Source: Zygnema circumcarinatum SAG 698-1b
Taxonomy: Eukaryota; Plantae; Zygnematophyceae
Direction of reading: 5' to 3'
DNA: 64,000 nt
Assembly: GCA_037447605.1 (NCBI GenBank)
Contig: CM074817.1
Coordinates: 620,001 to 684,000, forward strand
The position numbers and the translations under genes are program-made. Position 1 is the first letter of the stretch; the number at the start of each line of letters is the position of its first letter. Shown here piece by piece: positions 24,769 through 35,803 of the stretch. The notes below the pieces were generated by a model. That model saw only the letters and a program-made list of their open reading frames with translations. It did no database searches and was not told the DNA's origin.

Positions 24769-25086
24769 TTAAACCCTAAGAAATCCGCGTTCAAGCCCTG
24801 AACCCCGCGGGATGGGCCTCGCCCCTCGACCCTGAACCTTGAACCCTCGCCGACCGCTTCTCCGGCTGAACGCTGGCCTTGAACCCTGCACCCTGCACCG
24901 CGGATCGTGCCCTTTCCCTTCTCCTTCAACCATGACCCTAAACCCTGGCCAGCCCTGAACCCTGGCCAGCCCTGAACCCTGGCCAGCCCTGCACCCTGAG
25001 CCCTGCGCCCTGAGCCCTGCGCCCTGAGCCCTGCGCCTAGCGCCCTGCCAGAGCCTCGGCCGGCCTGCGCCCGCCCTGAACCCTAG
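24769..25086 (+). repeat. Degenerate telomere-like (A)ACCCTG/CCCTGAA/CCCTGCG repeats just upstream of FUT; similar tract in a FUT intron at about 21485-21600
   Basis: aaaccctaag, then aaccctggccagccctg x3 and ccctgagccctgcg x3. Confidence 0.6.
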
Positions 25087-25944
25087 TGGGCGGGGACGCC
25101 CGCGTTGACCGGGGGCGGCCCCGGTTGCAAGTGCGGGCGCGCGTCCGGCGGGACTGTACGGCCGAGGACGGCGTCGCGACGGTGGAGATTGCCCGATGGT
25201 GGGCCGGGCAGCTAAAAAGGGACCTCGTCGGCCAATGGCAGGCCGCCGGGCAGCCGGTCCTTGGTCCCCGAGGTTACACCTGGGGTCCCTCCGGTACGGA
25301 TGGGGACCCTGGTCCCCGGGCGGCTGTCCGTACGGCACAAGGCTGCGACTCGGCATCGCCCGGTCACGTGTTGAACAAAAATTAGAAAGTGGAACAATGA
25401 CATCGACATGAGATATTGGGATGGAAGTCGGCGCTCGATGTGGGGGGGGAGCTTAAATGGTGCGGACACAATATGAAGAGGAGGCGGGCTTGCATTCATC
25501 CAGGGAGAAAAAGGAACGAAACAAAAAGGCAAAAAAAGGCAGTAAACACCCTGCATTAGTGCCTCCCTGCCTGCCTCTCCCCCGCTAAGAGACGAAATGC
25601 AGAAATAGGTAGTTTTCCCAAGCCTCAAAATTCTCCTCTGTCGGCCTTTTGTGTCGATTCTAACACGTACTTAGGACTGGGATTTGCTGTTTTCTTTGTA
25701 AATATTGAGGAGGGCCTTTCTATATACCACAATATATCTGCAAACGTAGGACAGACAAGTTTATAGAAATCTGCAAAGCTTCCAACAGGAATTTTAGGGT
25801 CCCCGCAACCTTACAATCAGGGGTTAACAATAGGGCTGGAAAACTAAACTAGTGATAAGTTTGGTATAAAAATGCTCGCAAGCCTCCGGCCATCCTCGGG
25901 TGGCCCTCCTCTGCGTCCCTCGCGCTCCTGCCTCGCCGCGCCCC

Positions 25945-28900
25945 TCAGTACGGGTACTCGCCGTCGTAGTTCCCGGGGGGGTCGTAGTTGCACGCCCACA
26001 CGGTCCCCCCGTCGTCGCACGTCCCCATCGCGCAGCCCACGCGCGTGGTGGCCCGCCACACCACCTGCACCCACCGCCGCCCTCCCGCACTCGCATGCTT
26101 CAGCCGTCAAGAGATTGAGAAGCAGCGGAGGTCGAGAGCACGAGATGGCTCGCTGTGGCCTCCCTCCCCCCCCCCCCCCTCCCGCCAGCCATCCATCCAT
26201 CCATCCAGACCGACCTGCGTGTAATGCCCGCAGTTGGCCCAGTTGCCCGTGCTGCAGCCGTCCGGGAACACGGCATAGTCGTAGTATTGGCGCTCGCCCA
26301 CCCACGCCGCCACCGCCATGGCGCAGGTGGAGTCGCCGCCGTTGGCGTAGAGGTTCTGGCCGTAGGGGTTGTCCGGCGTGTGGTACATGTCGCCGTTGCA
26401 TCTCCCCTCGCTCGCCAGGAGGTCCACCCAGTCTTGAGCCGCGCTCGCGACTGCTCCGACCTCCATGGCCCCCCCCCACAGTCAATAGCACAACCACAGA
26501 CAGTGCCCCCCACCTTTCATGGAGGACCGACTGCAAAAATAACGTGATGGCACTGGGGTTCAAACTCAGCGGACGTGCAAATGCGATTGGTTCCAAAGCA
26601 TAATCAGTTAATATCAGCGTGCAGAAGGCGATGCCATGCCATGCCATGCCATGCCATGCCTCTCAATTAATCAAGACATGCTCGTTGCCGATGCCCACCG
26701 CGCGCCGCCATGCCGCCATGCACGCGCGAGGCGTGACCGGACGGAATGTACCTGCATCGCTCCACGCGAGGGGCCCGACCCCCACCAGCCCGCGCGCCTC
26801 GTTGTGGCCCGCCAGACAGTCTGCGTGCGCGCCATCTGCACCCGCCATTGCGCCCACATAAAGCGGAGAAAAGGCGCAACTCAGGCGTGCATCTTCGAAA
26901 CGTTTTCAACACTTAATACTCTTGCAGTTTCTTTAACCGGGGTGCTTCGAGCAGGAGGCATCAAGAGGAGAAGTATGCTGGACAGCCACGAGAGTGATTA
27001 TCTTGGAGTCAAAGATTACCCAAAACATAGGATTGTGCAAAAAAAAAAGGGAGAGTCCGTCGATGACTCACTAGATGGAGGAGGTGACGGCAATCGGCGT
27101 GGCGGTGGGGGGCTCTTCCTCATGGAAGGAGGAGGTCTCAATTGTTTAGGCGGAGGAGGACGCTTTGGCAGAGGAGGAGGAGACTTGGAAGGAGGAAGTG
27201 CCGCACACGCAGTTCCTGACGCGATACAGCGACCGTAGCAGGCGGTGTAGCCCTGCGAACAGATGCAGGCGGCCCCGCAGCCATTTGCTTGACACGTGGA
27301 CGAGCTGGGGCAGGTCACCTGGGAACAAGGATCACACACTGCGCGAAAAAGCGCACACAAACTCGGCTTAGGCACTATAAGTTACTTTTCCAATATTCGG
27401 CTCGTCATTCATTCTCTCAGATTACATCAAGAAAAGGTCATGGAGGCAGGTGGAGCTGTGCGGGGAGGAAGTGCCTATACTACAGCAAATGATCTGTGGG
27501 TTTTAACAACTAAAAGGGCGTGAGAAAGGGCTTCACCTTTGCCGGGTGTCGTGCAGCTGATGGAGTACACGCCTGTGTCAGGGCGCAAATCCCTGCAAAA
27601 AGAGACCAGTCATAAGTTCTGAAGGATTGGGCTTTCGACGATAAGCAAGAGGGGGTGGAATTAGTCACAGGGTTTGAGTTTTTTTCCATTTTAACCCCAG
27701 AACTCTAAAAGTATAATCAACTTTGAATCCCCTACCACGCAATCCCGAAACCTTCTCAGACACTACGGGTTTCTGTTGAAGTGTACCCGAATGAGTAGTC
27801 GTAATATTGGAAGTTCGTTGGGTCGGTATTCTCCCAGCCGCCGGGAATTTCTGTCCAGTAATAGCCTACATCCTTGCAGCCATAGCCAGACCAAAACAGG
27901 ATTTTTCCGCAAATGACATGGTTTGGCTTGCCATCTTGCACATTCCATTGGATCTTCATCGATGCCAGGGAGCCACTGATGGGGCTGCTGAGGTTCAGGC
28001 ACTCCATGTTGGGCAGAGGAGCCGTGACCACTCGAGATTCACCGCGGTACGACGTCGCGGAATAAAGGGTTAAGACTGTGCCCACTGTCACCGTTGACGG
28101 ATATACGACAACAGTCCGGTTCACAGGTGGAGCTGCATTAAACATTGAAAACCAGGGTGGCTTTCAGCGTTTGAATAAGAGCATCCAAAGCTAACCACAC
28201 TCCAAACCAATGGCCTTCCATGCCATGCGCGTATGCCTTTCTATCTAGAAACATACTCACGTGGGGAAGCGCGGGTAGCTGGAGGAGATCGTCGAGGTGG
28301 GGGAAAGCGGTTTGGAGGAGGATTCCGTGGAGTGCGAGGGAGAGGTGGGGGAGAGCGGAGCGGAGGAGGTCTGCGTGGAAGAGGAGGTGTCCGAGGGGGC
28401 GGTCCCTTGAGAGGCGGCGGGCGGCGGGGAGGGGAAGGGCTTGGGGCGGTGCACTGCTGGATGGGCGCGATGCAGCGGCCCTGGCAGGCTTGGTAGCCGC
28501 TGTCGCAGACGCAGATGGCATCGCAGCCGTCCGCTCTGCATGTCGATTTAGTGGGGCACTCGATGTTGGAGCATGGCTCGCATACTGCAATCAAGGAGCA
28601 CTTTCCACGCTTCAGAGTGTAACTGGGTTTATTTATTTCCGTTGTGTTAATAACTGCAACTTAAATTAGAAGAAAGAAAACCTGCCCTTGGTGTCTGTAA
28701 GATTTCCTTCTACGTTTTCACCTGGATCGTCGCAGCTTATAGATTGCACGTTTGGGGAGTCACTCAAGTCGCTACATGCACACAAGGAGCACACAAGCCA
28801 GCAGTTGGGTTAAGCGCTGCTGCTCGTCTTGAACTTGCCAAGACCTGGGCAAAGGGAAGTAAATCAATGCAAGAATTGGAAAAAGGGAAAAGATTATATT

Positions 28901-30395
28901 GTGAAGTGATATTCAATCACGCGAAATTATATTTACCACGCAAAAACAGTCGACAATGTCTGTTTAGTAGAAATAGTAAGAAATTATTTATGGAACCCAA
29001 TTTGTATGTCATCTGTCGCTCTACTGCCCATGATTTACATCAGGGCTGTTGCTTTGAACCTGTTTGCTTCAAAATATACGAAAGGTTAGAAGGTACTTCT
29101 CTGTAACCCAATGTCGCTTTTCTTATTGCAGCATGCAAGGACTGGAAATTGATTGTACTGCAGACGGGGATCTATAGTTTTATGGTTGTTGGGGTTTTGC
29201 CGGTTTTAGTAAGTAAAACTTTTCCGTCCAAGGTTTAAAACTTTCTCGTCGAGGCACTAGGAAGAGAAGGCGCACTATCCTATGTCTCTCACAATAGTGA
29301 AAGATGAACATCATGTCTCCTGTACTTCTTATAGAAAACGTTTCGACTGGTTGGAGGGATATGAGACGTGAAGCCTACGAAAGCAATGGTCGATGTTTGA
29401 TGTTGATTGTAGCATGATCGCATGCGAAATCAAATTGGAAAGGCAGACCACCATACGATGAACTGCTGTTTAGCTGTTTTATCGCACGACTGCATATCGA
29501 ACTGCGGGTGTTTGAGTGCTTTCAAGTTCGTAATTTTGGGTGACCCAAAAAGTGATGCCTTTCCCTCCAACCAACAACTTACTCAAACCAGTAATCTTCG
29601 TAGTCGAATTTTGACGGGTCCGCATTCTCCGCATCTCCAGGAATCTCCACGTAATAACCTCCATTGTTTTGCCCGCAAGCTGGGGCAAACCAGAAGGAGA
29701 GTACGCCGCACACCGCGTGGTTGGGTTTGCCATCGTCGACGTTCCACACAACTTGTAGGGAGAGCAAGGAGTTGTTGTACGGCCGGGAGAGCGCAAGGCA
29801 GCCTGGCTCTGGAAGCGGGGCGCGGGTCACCAAAGGAGTGCCGGCGAAGTCGAGTTTGCTGTAGAGCGTTAGCTGCGTTCCTACCACCGCCTTCAAGGGG
29901 CGGCTGACTACCACGTCACTACCTGCACAGTGGAAAGCCAAGGACATGTGTGTTTGTGTGCGTTTCTAGCGAGCAGGCGTGTGTGTCTGAGCGTTAGAGT
30001 GTAGGTGTGTATGTGCGTGCGTGAGAGAGAGAAGAGAGAGAGAGAGAGATGTAGAGAGAGAGAGAGACAGCACACCAGAGGCAGCAAGATGAACAAGCGC
30101 TCCTTCGCCTGTACCCAAAAGCGCGTCCTGCCGCGTGCCCTGCCGCACCCACAGAGAGAATTCAGATTCCCCTGGAGCTGTCACTAGAGGCACAGCCCAT
30201 CCTCTTCCTACCACCATGACGGGGCGGGGCGCTCACCGCCTCCGCCGGGACCGCTACGCGCACCGCCCGCCTCGCGCGCTTTCCGGGCAGCCCCCGCCCT
30301 GCGCCCCCTGGGGGCGCCGCCCCTTCAGCGGGCGCGAGCAGCACGGAGAAGACGAGCGCCATGGCCACGAGGAGCGCCGCGCACCGCCGCGCCAT
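25945..30395 (-). CDS. Modular secreted protein A: SP - [betagamma-crystallin/MiAMP1-like - 10-Cys EGF-like - Pro-rich] x2 - CAP (PR-1-like); 11 exons, 677 aa
   Basis: Exons 30395-30237, 30127-30076, 29922-29583, 28771-28722, 28584-28261, 28132-27787, 27592-27537, 27338-27072, 26835-26752, 26450-26215, 26064-25945 sum to 2034 nt, all GT-AG and in frame. SP MARRCAALLVAMALVFSVLLAPAEG. CAP: [61 protein letters not shown]. Confidence 0.85.
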
Positions 30396-30572
30396 TGCCG
30401 CCGCCAGCGAGCGAGAGAGGGAGGGAGGGAGGGAGGGAGGAAGGGCGAGAGGGAGGGAGTGAGGGGAGGAAGGGAGGGGAGGATAGGCGGCGGCGCCGCT
30501 TGTCCGACGCGGCCGTACTGTACAGTCCGCTGCTGGCTCCGCGCCAGCTGGCGCGGCAGCGGATGCTCCTTG

Positions 30573-30883
30573 TGACGTGACAGGCGGAAGGGAAAAAAAC
30601 AGAACGAAAGAAAAGAAAGAAATCGTTTGCGCGGATCGGACAGGAATAATGAATGGAGTGAAGGCGGGTCTGCAAAAAGCCGCGCGGAGAGAGCGAAGTG
30701 GCAGTGACCGCGCCGGCACGCGCCTCGCCGATGAGTGATGATGAGTGATGGCGCATTAAGTTACAAACCACCGCCCTGCACATTTGTTCCGTGCCATGCG
30801 GCGCGCTCTGAGTGGCGGGCGGACGGAGAGAAATAGCTAAAGTGGCGCGTAGCGTGGCGCGCGACAGTCGCATGACGTGACAG
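30573..30883. promoter_or_regulatory. Two identical TGACGTGACAG (TGA/bZIP-type) motifs exactly 300 bp apart upstream of gene A
   Basis: TGACGTGACAG at 30573-30583 and 30873-30883, i.e. 178 and 478 bp 5' of the gene A ATG (30395, minus strand). Function inferred only. Confidence 0.35.
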
Positions 30884-31438
30884 TGAAACTGAACTGCGTG
30901 CGCAACCACGCCCATGAAAGCGAGCGAAGCACGGAGCGACCCGCCCTTTGGGCGGCCGACGGCACCGGCACGACGAGAGGGGAAGGGGGGAGGGCGGCGG
31001 TGAGGAGCGACACGGTGGGACTTGGGAGGAGCGAGGGAGGGGCGAGGGAGGAGGGAGGGCAGCAATGGGGCCGCGGGAGGGGAGGGGAACCAATTGCAAC
31101 AGTGGCGTACTGCAGGCAGGCACTTGTTTAAGGGAACCACTTGTGGTTGGCCGACATAGCAAAATGGTGCACTTCTCGCATGCCTATGAAGACAAACAAC
31201 TCATTTTTTGATATCATCCCAGCATTGGAGGGAACACATGAGTTCCAAAAAAAACACCTTATATTTAAAACACAAGCCAGTTCTTACTGAAATGATAAAT
31301 TCCAAAACCATAAATCAGTAATGCAAAACTAAATACGACACCAATGTCGAGGAACACGACAACAACTTACAGCCTGATGAATTACGAAAAGCAACGACAA
31401 TTTCAATGTAGCAGACAGCTGTACTCAGTGGCGAACTC

Positions 31439-34400
31439 TCAGTACGGGTACTCTCCAAGGTAGTTTCCGGGAGGGTCGTAGTTGCAGGCCCACACGGTTG
31501 AGCCGGAACTGCAAGTCCCCTTTGCACAGCCAACGCGTGTGGTGTCCCTCCAGACCACCTGCAACCGCCCAGGGGACCCTTAAGCCTCAAACTTGACAGC
31601 CACTTGACGAATTAGTTTGGGAAGTTTCAGAGGAGGTTTGGCAGGTTCAGGGTGCGGGGTTCAGTTCGAAGCGCGTCACCTGCGTGTAGTGGCCGCAGTC
31701 GCCCCAGTTGCCCGTGCTGCAGCCGTCGGGAAAGATGGCAAGCGAGTAGTACCGCCGCTCTCCGACCCACGCGTTCACCGCCTGCGTGCACGTGGAGCCG
31801 CCGCTGCTGGCGAAGAGGTTCTGGCCGTAAGGGTTGTTCGGCGTGTGGTAAAATCCGCTGAAGCACTTCCCTTGGCTTACAAGGAAGTCCACCCACTGTT
31901 GCGCCGATGCAGCCACTGATCACATCAAAGAAAGCCCAAGGGATCAGGTCAGGGCTTGCCGCAACAAGCAGCAGCAGGTCATGCCATGCCATGTACAGGC
32001 GATCATGCCGCAATGCCATACCATCCATGATCATACAATGTCAAGCAAACCAGAGTCAGCACCACGAGACCAGCGGCCTGGGCAGGCAGTTGTACCAGTG
32101 TCGTCCCAAGCAATCGGACCCACTCCCACCAAGGCGCGCGCCGCGTTTTGGCCGTCCAGACAGTCTGCGTGGGGCCCTGCATCCACCATTGCACAACAAA
32201 AGCACACTTCAGGCTGAATACTGAACAAGACTGGAAATTGCAACAATCCTGTTAATCCCTCGACGGTTGAAGCCCTGAACATCCTACGGAAGCTGTTATA
32301 GGAAGGGTGGAGCAGTAGAAACTCAAAATGCCAGACGAACATGGCAACATACACCTAGACTCTGGAAGAGCCTGTAGTGAGGGATACGTGTAGAAGTGGT
32401 TGTCCTGTAGGGGAGGATGTCTGAAGAGAGACCCAACTCACTACTTACCAGCAAGAGGTGCTGGTGGTGAGGGGCTGGGTGGTGGTGGGCGTCTGGGTGG
32501 TGGTGATGACTTAAGTGGCGGAGGTGGTTTTCTGGGTGGTGGTGAATTTCTTGGCGGTGGTGGTGAAGGTCTCGGTGGCAGCAATACGGGGCTCGGCGGA
32601 GGAGAAGAGGGGCTGGGTGGTGGTGTTGAACTGCTCGGTGGCAGCAATACGGGGCTCGGCGGCGGAGGTGAGGGGCTTGGTGGTGGCGGTAGGGGGCTCG
32701 GTGGCGGTGGTGAGGGGCTTGGCGGAGGCAGTAGGGGGCTCCCCGGAGGTAGTAGGGGGCTAGATGGAGGCAGTAGGGTGCTCGGCGGCGGAGATGAGCG
32801 GCTGGATGGAGGTGGGCGTCTGGGTGGTGGTGGTGGCTTTCGTGGCGGAGGTGGTTGTTTGGGAGGTGGTGAATTTCTTGGCGGTGGTGGTGAGGGGCTC
32901 AGAGGTGGTGGTGAGGGGCTTGGCGGTGGAGGTACGGGACTCGGCGGCGAAGGCGAGGGGCTCGGCGGCGGTGAGCTCGTCCCTGGAGGCGGAGTAAGCT
33001 GCGTTGGCGGAGGAGAAGGGGACTGTAGCGAGAAAGGAGGCGGCGCACACGGAGCTTCCGCAGCAATGCAGGTTCCATAGCAGGCTTTGTAGCCTTGCAC
33101 GCAGGTGCACAAAGCACCACAGCCGTCTGCTTTACACGTGGACAGGCTGGGGCAGGACACTTGGGAGCAGGGATCGCACACTGCCCCATCAGCCCACATG
33201 CACACAAAAGGTCAGCTCAGCTCCCTCTTTCGACATGCAGCAACTCATCCATGTTCTCACATTGCAGTAAAACAAGGAAACAGAGGCAGGTGGGCCCTAT
33301 GGAGAGTGACGCGCTGGTGTAGTGGTCATACTCTTAAAAATTTGAAAGAACGTGGGAAAGCAGAGAGCAAACTGCACCTGTGCCAGGTGCGCTGCAAGTG
33401 ATGGAGTACGTGGTTTTGTAGTCTGTCAAGTTTCTGCAAAAAAAAGACCAGGTTTTGAATTTAACATCCTGACCCCGGGAAACATATAGGCGGGCATGAA
33501 TTCCTTTTCCCACCCCGGAATTTTATAGTTTTCATCCAAAACTCAAAAAATCCCCTCTTTCGATGCTCTACCTCCTCGAAACCCAAAAAGCTCACCTGCC
33601 AACATCAAAGGCTGCTCAAGAGGTGGACCTAATGCACTTCTAGTATTACATGCTTGAACCTAACATACTCACTAAGAATCAAGAAATTGACAATACCTGA
33701 AATTTGAGTCACGGAAATCGAATCTCGTGGGATCAGTAGCTTGAAAGCCACCGGGAACTAACGTGTAATAGTAGCCCCCAATGCAGCCATATTCGGCATA
33801 GAACTCAACGCTTCCACACATGACGTGGTTGGGCTTGCCGTCCTGCACATTCCAATTGATTCGCATCGACTGCAGGGAGCCGCTGATGGGGCTGCTGAGG
33901 TTTAAACACTGTTTGTTGGGCAGAGGAGCCGTGAAAGTCACAGATTGGCCGCCATAGAAAGGCTCGGTAAAAAGGGTCAGAACTGTGCCAACAGTTACAT
34001 TTGATGGAAACACGGCGACGGTTCGGTTGACAGGTACAGCTGCACAGAGATCGTCGATAAATGGTACGGTTAAGGTTCGAGAAAATGTACGCATCAAGAA
34101 CCAGGCGCAGAGTCAACTGTCACTGATGTCAAGTAGCAGTTTAGATATAGAAACATGTTTAAAATACAGAGGCACACTCACGTGGAGGGGGTCTAGGAGG
34201 AGGAGGACTCCGAGGAGGGGGGGCGGGGGGGGGGCTGCTTGGAGGAGGGCGAGGGGGGGACGTGGGAGGACTGAGAGATAGGGAGGGAGGGAGGGAGGGA
34301 GAGGAAGGGGCGCCACATTGCTGCGCGGAGGGAAGGCAGCTGCCCTGGCAGGCCTTGTACCCCGTGTCGCAGACGCAGTTGGCATCGCAGCCGTCTGCCT

Positions 34401-35311
34401 GACAGGTGGAGCTGCCGGGGCAGGTGACGTTGGAGCAAGGCTGGCATACTGCGCAAGGAGCAACCCTCTACGGTCTCAATGTATGGATATTTATATGCAG
34501 CTTAGATTGTTGCGAAGCTGTTGGGTTCGCTATACACAAAACAACAATGACAACTAATAGAAGGGATGTGCCATTGGTGAGAGGCTAAAGACGAGGTGGT
34601 CCACCTGGCCTGTACGAATCGCATTGGATGGACTGCACTTGCGGGCTGTTGCTCAGATCTCTGCGTGCATACAGGCGGCACCCAAGGAAGCACGTGAGGA
34701 AGAACGGCTCCTGCATCGGCGTGGGCTCAAAGCACTAGACAACGGCAACTCCCTGTTCTACAATTTAAACAAACGAGGATCGCGGCATGCAAAAACCCGC
34801 TTGTTCATTGGACAGGCAGACCGCCATAAGCTCAAGTGTCGTACCGCACGACTGCACATCAAGCTACGTGTGTTTGATCGTTTTCAAATTTGTATTATTT
34901 GGAGGCTCGAAGAGTAATGCCTTTCTCTACGGCGCACAACTTACTCGAACCAGTAATCATCGTAGTCGAAGAACGTGGGGTCGGCATTCTCCCAGCCGTC
35001 GGGAATCTCGACGTAATAGCCTCCGTTCCACCTCTTGCAGTCGGCGAGGTACCAAAAGGTGACGCGCCCGCACACCACGTGGTTGGGCCGCCCGTCGTCC
35101 ACGTTCCAGACCACCTGCAGGGAGAGCAGCTTGCCGCTGTACGGAGCAGGCACGCTCAGGCAGCCACTCCCGGGGAGCGGCCCGCGCGTCACCCACGGCG
35201 TGCCGCGAAAGTTCTTCTTGCTGAACACCGTCAGCTCCGTCCCCACCACCACATTGGAGGGGTACGAGACGGCCACCTCTGTGCCTGCACGACGCGATCG
35301 GGTACGTGCGT

Positions 35312-35391
<80 letters not shown>

Positions 35392-35803
35392 AGGAAAGAG
35401 AGAAATGGAGCAAAGAGAGTAAGGCGCCGCGAGCGAGGAGGGGAGAGGACGCGCACCAGGGGCAACAACGCGCGCTAGGTCCACTCCCATCCTCAGCCGC
35501 AGACTCTGCCCCGCCCCAAGGAAGACGCGCCCCCTCTGACCGTCAGACGCCCCGCCGCAGGCCCCCCCTCCTCCCTCCCAAGGCACGTGGCGGACGAGGC
35601 TCTCACCTCCTCCGGCGGAATGCGGACCACCGCCGGCTTCCCGGAGAGCCCTGCACGTGGCGGCACACGCCAGCGGTCAGGCTCGCCCCACCGACAAGAG
35701 CGGAACAGTGAGCGTGTGACACGTGGCGGCGGGGCTCACCGTGGACATTGCAGACGAGCAGCGCGCCTAGAACCACGAGGAGCGCCGCCGCTCCGCCCGC
35801 CAT
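31439..35803 (-). CDS. Modular secreted protein B: SP - [crystallin-like - EGF-like - Pro-rich] x2 (second stalk about 190 aa) - CAP; 12 exons, 795 aa
   Basis: Exons 35803-35740, 35650-35607, 35505-35457, 35284-34945, 34660-34605, 34448-34182, 34039-33697, 33433-33378, 33180-32449, 32176-32096, 31915-31680, 31558-31439 sum to 2388 nt, all GT-AG and in frame. SP MAGGAAALLVVLGALLVCNVHG. Ends [15 protein letters not shown]. Confidence 0.85.

Noticed and set aside
32400-33080. Gly-rich plus-strand ORFs (also 44433-45152)
   Set aside because: Antisense shadows of the Pro-rich exons of genes B and C.
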